DNA of 64,000 nucleotides from contig CAWFXA010000002.1 in NCBI GenBank assembly GCA_963819655.1, forward strand, positions 160,001-224,000, in the 5' to 3' direction. The first letter of the stretch is position 1, and each line of letters begins with the position of its first letter. Source of the stretch: an uncultured Chloroflexia bacterium (GTDB lineage: Bacteria; Chloroflexota; Limnocylindria; Limnocylindrales; CSP1-4). Both the position numbers and the translations under genes were made by a program. Positions 51,330 through 64,000 of the stretch are shown piece after piece. Under the pieces are notes generated by a model, which searched no databases, was not told where the DNA came from, and saw only the letters and a program-made list of their open reading frames with translations.

Positions 51330-52334
51330 TCAGCCGACTCCGCGGGCTCGCCGGATCTCGGCGCTGATGGCGGGCACGACGGCGTGGACGTCGCCGATCA
51401 CCGCGTAGCTCGCGCGTCGGAAGATGGGAGCGTCCGGGTCGGTGTTGATCACAAGGATCCGCTTGGCCGACTTCGCGCCGACGATGTGCTGGATCGCGCC
51501 GCTGATGCCGCAGGCAATGTACAGGTCCGGTGCGATGCGGGTCCCCGTCTGGCCGATCTGTTGGGCGTGCGGACGCCAGCCGAGGCTCGTCGCCACCCGC
51601 GACACGCCGACCGCGGCGCCGAGCAAGCCGGCCAGCTCGTCCAGCATCGCGAACGCCTCGGCGCTGCCGAGCCCACGACCACCGCCGATCACGACCTTGG
51701 CGTCCGCGAGCGAGACGCTGTCACCGGCGGTCACCTCGTGACCGACGACGCGCGCCCGCAGGTCGGCGTCGGTGATGGCCGGATCGACTCGAGCGACGGT
51801 CGAAGGTGCGGCCGACGTCGCCGGTTCGAGCGCCGGAACGGCGTGGGCGGCCACGGTCAGCAGGCGCGGCTCGCCGTCGAGGTACGCCTCTTCGAGCAGG
51901 CTTCCCGCCCAGCGCTGACGGGTCAGCCGCCAGCGGTCGCCCGGCTGGACCGAGACGACGTTGGCTGCCATGGGGACGTCCATCCGGGCCGCGACGTGCG
52001 CAAGGACCTCGGTGGCTCGCTCACTGCCGGACGCGACGATCGCCGCGAATGAGCCCGCCGTCGCGACCTGGGTGACGGCTGCGGCCCAGGCCGCAGGGGC
52101 GTAGGCGGCGAACCCCTCGCCGGCGACGAGATGGGCGGTCCTCACCCCGTACGCGCCCAGTGCTGGAGCAGCCGCGGCGGCGGCATCTTCCGCATCCGAA
52201 GCGCTCGCGATGACGACCGCGTGGACCTCGCCACCGATGGCCGTGGCGATGCCGCCGGCCACCCCGAGTGCCTCGGCGCTCAGCCGGTCGGGCACACCGC
52301 CGGCGAGCTCGACGAGGACGAGCGCAGCGCTCAC
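51330..52334 (-). CDS. etfA: Electron transfer flavoprotein alpha subunit
   Basis: GGGRG, QIGQTG, LYIACGISGAIQH, INTDPDAPIF. Confidence 0.95.
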   Translation of the reverse strand: MSAALVLVELAGGVPDRLSAEALGVAGGIATAIGGEVHAVVIASASDAEDAAAAAAPALGAYGVRTAHLVAGEGFAAYAPAAWAAAVTQVATAGSFAAIVASGSERATEVLAHVAARMDVPMAANVVSVQPGDRWRLTRQRWAGSLLEEAYLDGEPRLLTVAAHAVPALEPATSAAPSTVARVDPAITDADLRARVVGHEVTAGDSVSLADAKVVIGGGRGLGSAEAFAMLDELAGLLGAAVGVSRVATSLGWRPHAQQIGQTGTRIAPDLYIACGISGAIQHIVGAKSAKRILVINTDPDAPIFRRASYAVIGDVHAVVPAISAEIRRARGVG

Positions 52335-53095
52335 AGGACGCCCAGCTCGCGCATCAGCTCGACGACGCGTGGCGCCGCCTCCGGGCCGTTGCCCAGGATC
52401 TCGACGTGCTGCTCCTGCTCGACGGGAACCTGCAGGCGGTCGAGGGTCGGTCCGCCCGGGCGTCGCTCCGGCACGATCCGCTCGATCTCCTTGCGCTTCG
52501 CGCGGAGCCGGCCCGGCACCGACGGATAGCGCGGCAGGTTGATCCCCTCGCGAACAGCGACGACGGCGGGGAGCGGCAGCTCATAGACGTCGGCGCCGCC
52601 CGGGACCTGGCGGCGCGCGGTCGCCACCCCGTCGCGCACCTCGAGCGCCTTGATGCCGGTCACGATGGGCCGGTCCAGCGCGACCGCGACGCGGATCGCC
52701 ACCTGGTAGCCGCCCGAGTCGGCCGACTCGTTGCCGGCGAGGATCAGGTCGAACGGCCCGTCCGCCTCTTCGAGCCCCTTCACGGCATCGGTGATCGCGC
52801 CGGCCGTGGCCACCGGGTCCCAGTCGGACCCGTCGGTCTCGAGATGGACGGCGCGTTCGATTCCGATCGCGAGCGCATCGCGCAGCTGGTCCGCTGCCTC
52901 GGCCGGGCCGAGCGTCAGCACGACCGATTCGCCACCGTTCGCATCGATCAGCCGGACGGCCTCCTCGACCGCACACTCCTCGTGCGGGCTGACGACGAAG
53001 CCGAGGTAGCGCGTATCGATCGACCGGGCGTCATCGGCGAGGACGATCCGGCCGCCGGTGGCCGGAACGCGCTTGACGAGGACGAGGATGCGCAC
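52331..53095 (-). CDS. etfB: Electron transfer flavoprotein beta subunit
   Basis: ILVLVKRVP, CAVEEAVRL, GNESADSG, INLPRYPS. Confidence 0.93.
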   Translation of the reverse strand: MRILVLVKRVPATGGRIVLADDARSIDTRYLGFVVSPHEECAVEEAVRLIDANGGESVVLTLGPAEAADQLRDALAIGIERAVHLETDGSDWDPVATAGAITDAVKGLEEADGPFDLILAGNESADSGGYQVAIRVAVALDRPIVTGIKALEVRDGVATARRQVPGGADVYELPLPAVVAVREGINLPRYPSVPGRLRAKRKEIERIVPERRPGGPTLDRLQVPVEQEQHVEILGNGPEAAPRVVELMRELGVL

Positions 53096-53103
53096 GCCTG
53101 CGG

Positions 53104-55629
53104 TCAGCTCCGGATCCGCTCGTTGTCCGGGTCGAATAACGGGGTGCTGCCGGCCACCGCGACGGTGACCGGATAGCGCTCCCCGAAGTACTCGACGAGG
53201 AGCTTGGTGCCTTCGACGGCCTGCTCCGGCGGCAGGAAGGACATCAGCAGATGCTTGCCCACCGAAGGCCCGGACCCGGCGCTCGTGACGTACGACCGCC
53301 GGCCCTTGGCGTCGACCAGCGGGCTGCCGTCCTCGGCGAGGATCGGCTCCCGGCCGAGCATGTAGCGCTTCACGCCGCTCTTCGACGTGGGGTCGTCGAC
53401 GGTCAGCGTGCACAGGACGGCGGCCGGTGCCGCGTCGCGCTGACGGAGGTATGCCTCGCGGCCGACGAAGTCGTGATCCTTGACCGTCGGTCGCGCCATG
53501 CCGGCTTCGACGAGGTCGAATTCGAGCTCGAGCTCGGCACCGTGCGCGCGATAGCCCTTCTCGAGGCGCGACGTGACCGCATACGTGCCGATTCCGACCG
53601 GCGCGAGACCGTGCGGCCGCCCGGCCCGCCAGATGGCGTCCCAGACGCGCAGACCCTGCTCGATCGGGACGTAGATCTCCCAGCCCAGCTCGCCCACGTA
53701 GCTGATGCGCGAGGCGAGCGTCCGCACGCCGTCGATCTCCACGGTCTTCGAGGTCAGGAACGGGAAGCCCATGTGGCTGATGTCGGCGCTGCCGTCGGCC
53801 GCCGAACCGAGGATGTCCCTCGCACGCGGACCCCAGAGACCGAAAGTCGTGAACGCGTTCGTCAGGTCGTGGAGCTGGGCCGAACCGTCGGCCGGCATCG
53901 CGTCCCGGAAGATCTTCCTGTCGCGCATCCCCATGCCGCCGCCGGTGACGACCCGAAAGCGATCGTGGGCCAGCCGCATGATCGTGAGGTCGGCCAGGAT
54001 CCCGCCGGCGCTGTTCAGGAGCGGCGTGTAGACGGTCCGACCGGGCGCGACGTCGACCCGATTGACGGCGAGGCGTTCCAGCGCCGCGAGGGCCCCGGGG
54101 CCGGTCACGTCGAAGATCGCGAATGCCGACAGGTCGACGAGACCGGCACGGTCGCGCATGGCGAGGTGCTCGGCGTTGATGATCGGCGACCACCAGCGCG
54201 ATTCCCATTCGGCCTCGCGAGGCATGACCCGATCGCCGTATTCGCCGAGGAGCGACTCGTTCGTGCCGTACCAGTACGGCCGCTCCCAGCCCGCCGCCTC
54301 GAAGAACTCGGCACCGAGCTCGACGTGGCGGTCGTAGGCCGGCGACAGCCGGATCGGCCGGTTCGACGCCCATTGCTCCATCGGATGGACGATGCCGTAG
54401 GTCTTGTTGAACCCCTCGCTGGCCCGAGCCGCGATGTGCTGAGCGGTCTTGTGGTGGTCATAGAAGCGGGCGATGTCCGATCCGTGCGGGTCGATCTCCG
54501 GCTCGCCGGTGGTCATCCACTCGGCGATCGCCTTGGCGATGCCCGGCGCCTCCTTGATCCAGATCGCAGCCGCCGACCAGAGCCCCTTCACCTCGGGGGT
54601 CTCGCCGATGATGGGGTTGCCGTCGGGCGTCAGCGACAGGAGGCCGTTGATCGCCAGCTTCACCCCGACCGACTCGTCACCGACGATCTCGGGGAAGAGC
54701 TCGAGGGCATCCTCGAGCTGCGGGTCGAAGTCCTCCTGCGTGAACGGCAGCATCGTCGGCGACAGGGCCGACGCCTCGATCGACGGGATGTCGTCGGCGG
54801 CCATGAGGATCGCGCGGTGGGCGTACGAGCCGACCTCGAAGCCGGTGCCGTGTTGACGCTCATACATGTTGGTGTCCATGTCTCGGACGATCGGGAAGCC
54901 GACCTCCTTGGTCGTGTGCTCGAACTGCGGCACCGGGCCGATGTCGATCATCTGGTGTACCGCCGGCGTCAGCGGGATCGACGCCCCGGCCATCCGCGCG
55001 ATGCGCGGGCTCCAGACACCGCAGGCGACGACCACGGTGTCGGCGGCGATGTCGCCCTGATCGGTGCGCACGCCGCGGACGTGGCCGTCGACGACGTCGA
55101 CGCCCGTGACCTCGACGCCTGCGGCGACCGTGAGGGCACCCATGGCCTGGGCCTTCTGGCGCATGAGCGTGCCGGCCTGGAGCGAGTCGACGATCCCGAC
55201 GCCCGGCGTGTAGAAGCCGCCGAGGATCACCGAGTCCTCGATGAACGGGACCATCTCCTTGACCTCGGCCGGCGTGAGCAACCGGGACCCCTCGATCCCC
55301 CACGAGGTCGATGCCGTCATCCGCCGCTTGAGCTCCTCCATGCGCTCGGGCGTGCGAGCGACCTCGATCCCGCCGGTCTCGTCATAGACGCCGAGCTCGC
55401 GATACTGGCGGGCGCTGTCGACCGTGAACGCGGTCATCTCCTTCGAGTGGTCCGTCAGGAAGATGAAGTTCGAGGCATGACCGGTGGACCCGCCGGGACT
55501 CGGCAGCGTGCCCTTGTCGAGCAGCACGATGTCGCGCCAGCCCTGCTCCGCAAGGTGGTACGCCATGCTGTTGCCGACGATGCCCGCGCCGATGACGACG
55601 ACGTCCGCCCGCGCCGGGAGCGCGCTCAT
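53104..55629 (-). CDS. GcvT-family FAD-dependent amine dehydrogenase (dimethylglycine/sarcosine dehydrogenase-like)
   Basis: [40 protein letters not shown]; followed directly by etfBA. Confidence 0.9.
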   Translation of the reverse strand: MSALPARADVVVIGAGIVGNSMAYHLAEQGWRDIVLLDKGTLPSPGGSTGHASNFIFLTDHSKEMTAFTVDSARQYRELGVYDETGGIEVARTPERMEELKRRMTASTSWGIEGSRLLTPAEVKEMVPFIEDSVILGGFYTPGVGIVDSLQAGTLMRQKAQAMGALTVAAGVEVTGVDVVDGHVRGVRTDQGDIAADTVVVACGVWSPRIARMAGASIPLTPAVHQMIDIGPVPQFEHTTKEVGFPIVRDMDTNMYERQHGTGFEVGSYAHRAILMAADDIPSIEASALSPTMLPFTQEDFDPQLEDALELFPEIVGDESVGVKLAINGLLSLTPDGNPIIGETPEVKGLWSAAAIWIKEAPGIAKAIAEWMTTGEPEIDPHGSDIARFYDHHKTAQHIAARASEGFNKTYGIVHPMEQWASNRPIRLSPAYDRHVELGAEFFEAAGWERPYWYGTNESLLGEYGDRVMPREAEWESRWWSPIINAEHLAMRDRAGLVDLSAFAIFDVTGPGALAALERLAVNRVDVAPGRTVYTPLLNSAGGILADLTIMRLAHDRFRVVTGGGMGMRDRKIFRDAMPADGSAQLHDLTNAFTTFGLWGPRARDILGSAADGSADISHMGFPFLTSKTVEIDGVRTLASRISYVGELGWEIYVPIEQGLRVWDAIWRAGRPHGLAPVGIGTYAVTSRLEKGYRAHGAELELEFDLVEAGMARPTVKDHDFVGREAYLRQRDAAPAAVLCTLTVDDPTSKSGVKRYMLGREPILAEDGSPLVDAKGRRSYVTSAGSGPSVGKHLLMSFLPPEQAVEGTKLLVEYFGERYPVTVAVAGSTPLFDPDNERIRS

Positions 55630-55771
55630 GCCGACCCTCCTCCTCCGTCTGCGTCCGTGTGCTGGAGGAGGATACCCGGCCACCGACTCGACACGCGGCA
55701 CCGACCCTTGACCCGCGTCCGAAGCGGTCGCATCCTCGCCGCTCCGTCAAGTCGGCGTACCTGAGGGGACC

Positions 55772-57241
55772 GTGCCGAGCCTGTTCATCGATGGGGAGTG
55801 GGTCGCGTCGGGCGACGGGACGTGCAGCTCGGTCGTCAACCCGAGCGACGCCTCGATCGTGACTGAGGTCGACGTCGCGACCGACGACCAGGTGCAGGAG
55901 GCGATCGCGGCGGCTCGCCGCGCCTTCGACCGGACCGATTGGCCGCGGACGCCGACCGCAGTGCGCACCGCGCTGCTCGACCGGGTCGCCGACCTGTTGG
56001 AACGGAATGCCGAGGAGTTGGCACGCGAGGAGACCCTCAATACCGGCAAGGCGATGCGCGAGAGCCGTGCCGATATCGCGGACGTTACGCGGGTCTTCCG
56101 TTACTACGCGGAGCTCGCCGACAAGGAGGCGGGCCGGATCGTCGACACGGGTGAGCCGGACGCCGTGAGCCGGATCGTCCACGAGCCGATCGGGGTGTGC
56201 GGGCTGATCGGACCGTGGAACTACCCGCTCCTGCAGCTGTCGTGGAAGATCGCGCCGGCGCTCGCGGCCGGGTGCACGGCCGTCATGAAGCCCGCCCACG
56301 TGACGCCGCTGACGGCGATCCACCTGACTCGCCTCCTCGAGGAGGCTGGCACGCCGCGAGGCGTGGTCAACCTCGTCCTCGGGCCGGGCGAACGAGTCGG
56401 GCAGGCACTCGCCGATTCGCCCGAGGTCGACCTGGTCTCACTGACCGGTGGCATCGAGGCCGGGCGGGCGCTGATGCGCGGTGCCGCGGTGAACGTCAAG
56501 CGCGTCGCGCTCGAGCTCGGTGGCAAGAGCCCGAACATCGTGTTCGCCGACGCAGATCTCGAGACGGCAGTCGACAACGCATTGACTGCGGCGTTCGTCC
56601 ACTCGGGCCAGGTGTGCTCGGCTGGCTGCCGGGCTATCGTCGAGGCGACCATCCACGACGATTTCGTGGCCGCGCTGGGCGAGCGCGCCGAGCGGATTCG
56701 GCTCGGGCATGGCCTCGACGACCGGACCGAGGCCGGTGCCCTCATCTCCGCCGAGCATCGGGCCAAGGTCGAGGCGCATGTCGCGGCCGCGGTGGCGGCG
56801 GGGGCACGGCTTGTGGCCGGGGGCCGACGACCGGACGAGCCCGAGCTGCAGGCCGGCTTCTTCTACCGACCGACGGTCTTCGCCGATGTCCGGCCCGACA
56901 TGCGGATCGTGCGCGAGGAGGTGTTCGGCCCGGTCATGACGGTCGAGCGGTTCTCGACCGAGGACGAGGCGATCGCGCTCGCCAACGCCACCGACTACGG
57001 CCTGGCCGGCGCGGTCTGGACAGCCGACGCCTCACGAGCGCAGCGGGTCGCCGGTCGGCTGCGGGCGGGGACGGTCTGGATCAACGACTACAACCGCTAC
57101 GTGCCGCAGGCGGAGTGGGGCGGTTTCAAGCGGTCAGGGATCGGCCGGGAGCTTGGCCTCAGCGGTCTCGACGAGTACCGTGAGGCGAAGCACATCTGGC
57201 AGAACACCGCGCCTGGTCCCACTGGCTGGTTCGGAGGGTGA
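55772..57241 (+). CDS. betB: Betaine-aldehyde dehydrogenase-like ALDH
   Basis: [43 protein letters not shown]; precedes a ProU-like transporter. Confidence 0.78.
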   Translation: MPSLFIDGEWVASGDGTCSSVVNPSDASIVTEVDVATDDQVQEAIAAARRAFDRTDWPRTPTAVRTALLDRVADLLERNAEELAREETLNTGKAMRESRADIADVTRVFRYYAELADKEAGRIVDTGEPDAVSRIVHEPIGVCGLIGPWNYPLLQLSWKIAPALAAGCTAVMKPAHVTPLTAIHLTRLLEEAGTPRGVVNLVLGPGERVGQALADSPEVDLVSLTGGIEAGRALMRGAAVNVKRVALELGGKSPNIVFADADLETAVDNALTAAFVHSGQVCSAGCRAIVEATIHDDFVAALGERAERIRLGHGLDDRTEAGALISAEHRAKVEAHVAAAVAAGARLVAGGRRPDEPELQAGFFYRPTVFADVRPDMRIVREEVFGPVMTVERFSTEDEAIALANATDYGLAGAVWTADASRAQRVAGRLRAGTVWINDYNRYVPQAEWGGFKRSGIGRELGLSGLDEYREAKHIWQNTAPGPTGWFGG

Positions 57242-57245
57242 CTGC

Positions 57246-58352
57246 GTGACCGCGACGACGGAGCCGGCGACCGGCACACCCGTGAGCGAGGGCGACTCGT
57301 CGAAGCCGACGCTGGCCGTCCGGAACCTGTGGAAGATCTTCGGCCAGGCCGAGCACAAGGTCCTCGGGACCCCGGACGCGGCCCTCTCGCGGGACGAGCT
57401 GCGCCGGAAGACCGGTGCCACCATCGGTCTGCGCGATGTGTCGTTCGACGTCCGGCCTGGCGAGGTGTGCGTCGTGATGGGCCTGTCCGGCAGCGGCAAG
57501 TCCACGCTCGTGCGCTGCATGACCCGCCTCATCGAGCCGACCGCCGGCGAGGTCCTGCTCGATGGCGAAGACATCCTCGCCGCCAGCCAGGAGAAGCTGC
57601 GGGAGCTCCGCCGGCGTCGGTTCAGCATGGTCTTCCAGCACTTCGGCCTGCTCCCGCACCGGAGAGTCATCGAGAACGTCGCCTTTGGCCTGGAGATCCG
57701 CGGTGAGCCCCGCGCGGCGCGGGAGGAGCGCGCGCGAGCCATCATCGACCTGGTCGGATTGGAGGGTCACGCCGACAGCTACCCGGATCAGCTGTCCGGT
57801 GGCATGCAGCAACGCGTCGGTCTCGCCCGGGCCTTGGCCGTCGATCCCGAGGTCATGTTCCTCGACGAGCCGTTCAGCGCCCTCGACCCGCTGATCCGGC
57901 GCGACATGCAGAACGAAGTCCTGCGCCTCCACCACGAGGTCGGCAAGACCATGGTGTTCATCACGCATGACCTCGCCGAGGCGCTCAAGCTCGGCGACCA
58001 CATCGTGATCATGCGCGACGGCGGCGTCGTCCAGATCGGTCGCCCGGAGGAAGTCGTCGGCGCGCCGGCCGACGACTATGTCGCCGACTTCGTCAGCGAC
58101 GTCCCCAAGAGCCACGTGCTGACCCTCCGCTGGATCATGCGGCCCGTCGAGCCGGGCGATCCGACGGACGGACCGGAATTCGCAGCGTCGGCCGTCATCA
58201 ACACCTGTCTCGAGACCGCGGCCTCGACCGACCGACCGATCCGGGTCGTGGAGGACGGCCGATTGGTCGGGATGGTCGACCGGGCCCGCATCCTCGGCGC
58301 CGTCGCCGATACGGTCGGTGGACGGCTCATCGACACGATGGCGGGCCGGTGA
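57246..58352 (+). CDS. Glycine betaine/proline ABC transporter ATP-binding protein (ProV/OpuAA-like)
   Basis: [49 protein letters not shown]. Confidence 0.93.
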   Translation: MTATTEPATGTPVSEGDSSKPTLAVRNLWKIFGQAEHKVLGTPDAALSRDELRRKTGATIGLRDVSFDVRPGEVCVVMGLSGSGKSTLVRCMTRLIEPTAGEVLLDGEDILAASQEKLRELRRRRFSMVFQHFGLLPHRRVIENVAFGLEIRGEPRAAREERARAIIDLVGLEGHADSYPDQLSGGMQQRVGLARALAVDPEVMFLDEPFSALDPLIRRDMQNEVLRLHHEVGKTMVFITHDLAEALKLGDHIVIMRDGGVVQIGRPEEVVGAPADDYVADFVSDVPKSHVLTLRWIMRPVEPGDPTDGPEFAASAVINTCLETAASTDRPIRVVEDGRLVGMVDRARILGAVADTVGGRLIDTMAGR

Positions 58353-60289
58353 CGGCGCTCTCGGTCCCGGCGATCCGGCGAGCCGAGACGGCCATCCCGA
58401 AGTGGGGCTGGTTCCTGGTGATCATGGTCGTCGCGGCCATCCTCTATGTGCTGTTCGCCGGCACCGCTGTCCAGCCCCACGACAACGAGGCACCGCTGTT
58501 CGTGGCGCTCAATGGGGTACGCGACTGGGTCCGGGATAATCGGGACAACCCGATCTACTTCATCTTCTTCGTGATCCCGCGGACGATCGTGGACATCCTG
58601 CTCGAGTCGTTGACCGGGGCGTTACATGCCATCGGTTGGCCCGCGCTCGTCGCGATCGCGGGCGTCCTCGGCTACCTCGCGGACGGCCTCCGGCGCGCCA
58701 TCCTGACAGCGCTCGGGTTCGTGGCACTCGGCCTGCTGGGCCTGTGGACGTCGAGCGTCGACACCCTGGGGGCGATGGTCGCCGCGGTGTCGATCTCGAT
58801 CGTGATCGGCGTCCCGCTCGGCATCCTCGTCGCCCAGAACGCGCGGGCAAGGCGGATCGTGACACCGATCCTCGACGTGATGCAGATCTTGCCGACATTC
58901 GCGTACCTGGCCCCGTTCGTGCTGTTCTTCGGGATCGGACCCGCGGCTGCAGCGATCGTCACGGTCATCTACGCCATGCCGGCGGCGATCCGGATCACGG
59001 CGCTGGGGATCCGCGGTGTTCCCGCGAACACCGTCGAGGCGGGCCGATCCCTGGGAGCGACGGGTCGCCAGCTGCTGGCAAAGGTGAAGCTGCCGCTGGC
59101 CCGAAAGGAGCTCGGGCTGGCGCTCAACCAGACCCTGATGCTGGCCCTGTCGATGATCGTGATCACGGCACTCATCAACGCGCCGGGCCTGGGGCAGGAC
59201 ACGCTTACGGCCCTGATCCGCAATGACGTGGGGGCGATGTTCGATGCCGGCATCGCCATCGTCATCCTGGCCATCGCGCTGGATCGCCTGACCGAAGCGT
59301 TCAGCCTGCGCCTCGATCCCCACAGGCGTGCCTTGGCCGGGATAAGTGCGACCGATCGCCGGTGGCTCCGGGTCGGCGTCGTCGTCACCGCGGCCCTCGT
59401 GGTGGTCGGCCTCGTCGTCCCGTTCGCGCAGGAGTTCCCCGACGCGATCACGATCTCGTTCCGCGAGCCCGTCAATGCTGTCGTCGATTGGCTGCGCAGC
59501 GACGTCGCGTGGCTGACCAGCGGGTTCAAGGACATCGTCACCTACGGATTGCTCAACCCACTACAGGAAGTCCTCACGCAGGCGCCGTTCTGGCTCGTCA
59601 TCGGGGTCGTCGTCGCCATCACCCTCCTGATGAGTGGCGTGCGCGCGGCCGTCGTCGCCGGGCTCTCGCTGGTCGCGATCCTCGCCATGGGGTTGTGGCA
59701 GCACTCGATGGAGACGTTGATGCAGGTGCTGGTCGCGACGGCCGCCACCTTCCTCATCGGACTGGCCATCGGGATCGCCTCCGCGCGCAGCGATCGTGTC
59801 GCTCGCGTCCTCCGTCCGGTCCTCGACACGGCGCAGACGCTGCCTGCATTCGTGTATCTGTTGCCGGCCCTGATCCTGTTCGAGGCCTCTCGCATGACGG
59901 CGATCTTCGCGGCGGTGATCTTCGCCCTGCCGCCGGTCATCCGGCTCGTCGACGTCGGCATCCGGGCTGTGCCCGCGACGATCATCGAGTCGGCGACATC
60001 GTCTGGCATCAACAGCCGCCAGATGCTCACCAAGGTGCAGCTCCCCATCGCCCGGCCAGCCATCATCCTGGCCGCCAACCAGGCCGTCATCATCGTGCTC
60101 TCGATGGTCGTCGTCGGGGGTCTCGTCGGTGGCGGCGCACTCGGCTACGACGTCGTGGCCGGGTTCTCGCAGACCCGCCTGTTCGGATTGGGGCTCGCGG
60201 CAGGCTTCGCCCTGGTCTTCCTCGGCATCATGCTGGACCGGATGACCCAGGGCGCCGCGGGTCGGGTGTCGCCGTTGCAGCGGGGGTGA
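58349..60289 (+). CDS. Glycine betaine ABC transporter permease (duplicated ProW domains)
   Basis: Two copies of the ProW core: [15 protein letters not shown] and [15 protein letters not shown]. Confidence 0.92.
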   Translation: MTALSVPAIRRAETAIPKWGWFLVIMVVAAILYVLFAGTAVQPHDNEAPLFVALNGVRDWVRDNRDNPIYFIFFVIPRTIVDILLESLTGALHAIGWPALVAIAGVLGYLADGLRRAILTALGFVALGLLGLWTSSVDTLGAMVAAVSISIVIGVPLGILVAQNARARRIVTPILDVMQILPTFAYLAPFVLFFGIGPAAAAIVTVIYAMPAAIRITALGIRGVPANTVEAGRSLGATGRQLLAKVKLPLARKELGLALNQTLMLALSMIVITALINAPGLGQDTLTALIRNDVGAMFDAGIAIVILAIALDRLTEAFSLRLDPHRRALAGISATDRRWLRVGVVVTAALVVVGLVVPFAQEFPDAITISFREPVNAVVDWLRSDVAWLTSGFKDIVTYGLLNPLQEVLTQAPFWLVIGVVVAITLLMSGVRAAVVAGLSLVAILAMGLWQHSMETLMQVLVATAATFLIGLAIGIASARSDRVARVLRPVLDTAQTLPAFVYLLPALILFEASRMTAIFAAVIFALPPVIRLVDVGIRAVPATIIESATSSGINSRQMLTKVQLPIARPAIILAANQAVIIVLSMVVVGGLVGGGALGYDVVAGFSQTRLFGLGLAAGFALVFLGIMLDRMTQGAAGRVSPLQRG

Positions 60290-60382
60290 TCAAGACAGCC
60301 CGGGGGTTTCCCCGACCGCGTTCGTCGCGGATAATCGCCGGACCGGCCGGGGCACCGGTCGTCAGAGGAGGAGCCGAACAAG

Positions 60383-61324
60383 ATGGGTGTGACAAGGCGC
60401 GCTCGCGCGCTCATCGCAGCGACCGGCATCGCGCTGGTCGTCGCCGCGTGCAGTGGCGGTGGAGGCGCGACCAGTGAGGTCGTCGACATCGCCGTCAATC
60501 CGTGGGTGGGTTACGAGGCCAACGCCGGCGTCGTAGGCAACCTGCTGGAGAAGCAGCTCGGCTTCAAGGTCGAGTACAAGGATCTCGCCGAGCAAGTCAG
60601 CTGGGAGGGCTTCGAGTCCGGCGAGGTGGACGCCATCGTCGAGAACTGGGGTCATGCCGACCTGATCAAGACCTACGTGACCGACAAAGGCGTGGCCGTC
60701 GCCGCGGGGAGCACCGGGGTCGACGGCATCATCGGCTGGTTCGTGCCGCCGTGGATGGCGGAGCAGTACCCGGATATCACCGACTACACGAAGCTCAACG
60801 GCTACGCGGACATGTTCAAGACCTCCGAGTCCGGTGACAAGGGCCAGTTCCTGGCCGGCGACCCGTCGTTCGTGACGAACGACCAGGGGATCATCAACGG
60901 GCTCAAGCTGGACTTCCAGGTCGTCTATGCGGGCAGCGAGGCCGCCCTCATCGAGGCGTTCCGCAAGGCCGAAGCGGACAAGACCCCGCTGCTCGGGTAT
61001 TTCTACTCGCCGCAGTGGTTCCTCAACGAGGTCCCACTGGTCAAGATCAACCTCCCCGAGTGGACCGAGGGATGCGACGCGAACGCCGAGAACATCACGT
61101 GCGACTACGCGCCGTACACGCCGCTCGACAAGTACATCAGCAAGAACCTCGAGACGAAGGCGCCGCGGGCGGCCCAGTTCATCAAGAACTTCCAATGGAC
61201 CGCCGAGCACCAGAACACGGTGGCGAACTACATCACCAACGAGAACATGGATCGCGTCAAGGCGGCCGAAAAGTGGGTCGCTGAGAACGAGGCGGTCTGG
61301 AAGCCCTGGATCCCGGCCTCCTGA
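60383..61324 (+). CDS. Glycine betaine/choline-binding lipoprotein (ProX/OpuAC-like)
   Basis: Lipobox VAAC; NPWVG, ENWG, GWFVP, YFYSPQW aromatic-cage residues. Confidence 0.88.
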   Translation: MGVTRRARALIAATGIALVVAACSGGGGATSEVVDIAVNPWVGYEANAGVVGNLLEKQLGFKVEYKDLAEQVSWEGFESGEVDAIVENWGHADLIKTYVTDKGVAVAAGSTGVDGIIGWFVPPWMAEQYPDITDYTKLNGYADMFKTSESGDKGQFLAGDPSFVTNDQGIINGLKLDFQVVYAGSEAALIEAFRKAEADKTPLLGYFYSPQWFLNEVPLVKINLPEWTEGCDANAENITCDYAPYTPLDKYISKNLETKAPRAAQFIKNFQWTAEHQNTVANYITNENMDRVKAAEKWVAENEAVWKPWIPAS

Positions 61325-61409
61325 GCCGACTCTAGCGAAAGAGCGGATGGCGGCGCGGCCGATGGCCCGCCGCCATCGTCATGTCTCGGGCCTGTAACGA
61401 GGACCGCCC

Positions 61410-64000
<2,591 letters not shown>

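Noticed and set aside
55630-55771. Glycine riboswitch or SD-sequestering hairpin before the GcvT-family gene
   Set aside because: No glycine aptamer core. The anti-SD arm overlaps a probable -10 box (TATCCT) and may not be transcribed.

Overview
High-GC bacterial chromosomal window with no rRNA, tRNA, CRISPR, transposase or phage genes. Gene style suggests Chloroflexota, possibly Limnocylindria; this is an inference only. In order, the window holds: fumarase; a PadR-Rieske-membrane protein operon; a GlnA4/PuuA-like gamma-glutamylation cluster; purE and a GrpB-purK fusion; a disrupted KamB/NpmA-type 16S rRNA methyltransferase and a nucleoside hydrolase; the mec-cysM-cysO-moeZ sulfur-carrier cysteine pathway; and a split suf locus (Rrf2-sufC-sufS, sufU about 10 kb away, no sufB/sufD). 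The gap between sufS and sufU contains an ABC transporter with an FAD oxidoreductase, and an Flp-pilin/two-component module bracketed by copies of a 121-bp palindromic repeat with compensatory base changes. The last 29 kb is a methyl/C1 island: SAM-I riboswitch, metH, a Hcy-methyltransferase/MTHFR fusion, a cobalamin-dependent non-pyrrolysine MttB demethylase system, ETF, two GcvT-family amine dehydrogenases, a betaine-aldehyde dehydrogenase and a ProU-type transporter. Many genes carry single-base frameshifts that look like assembly errors.
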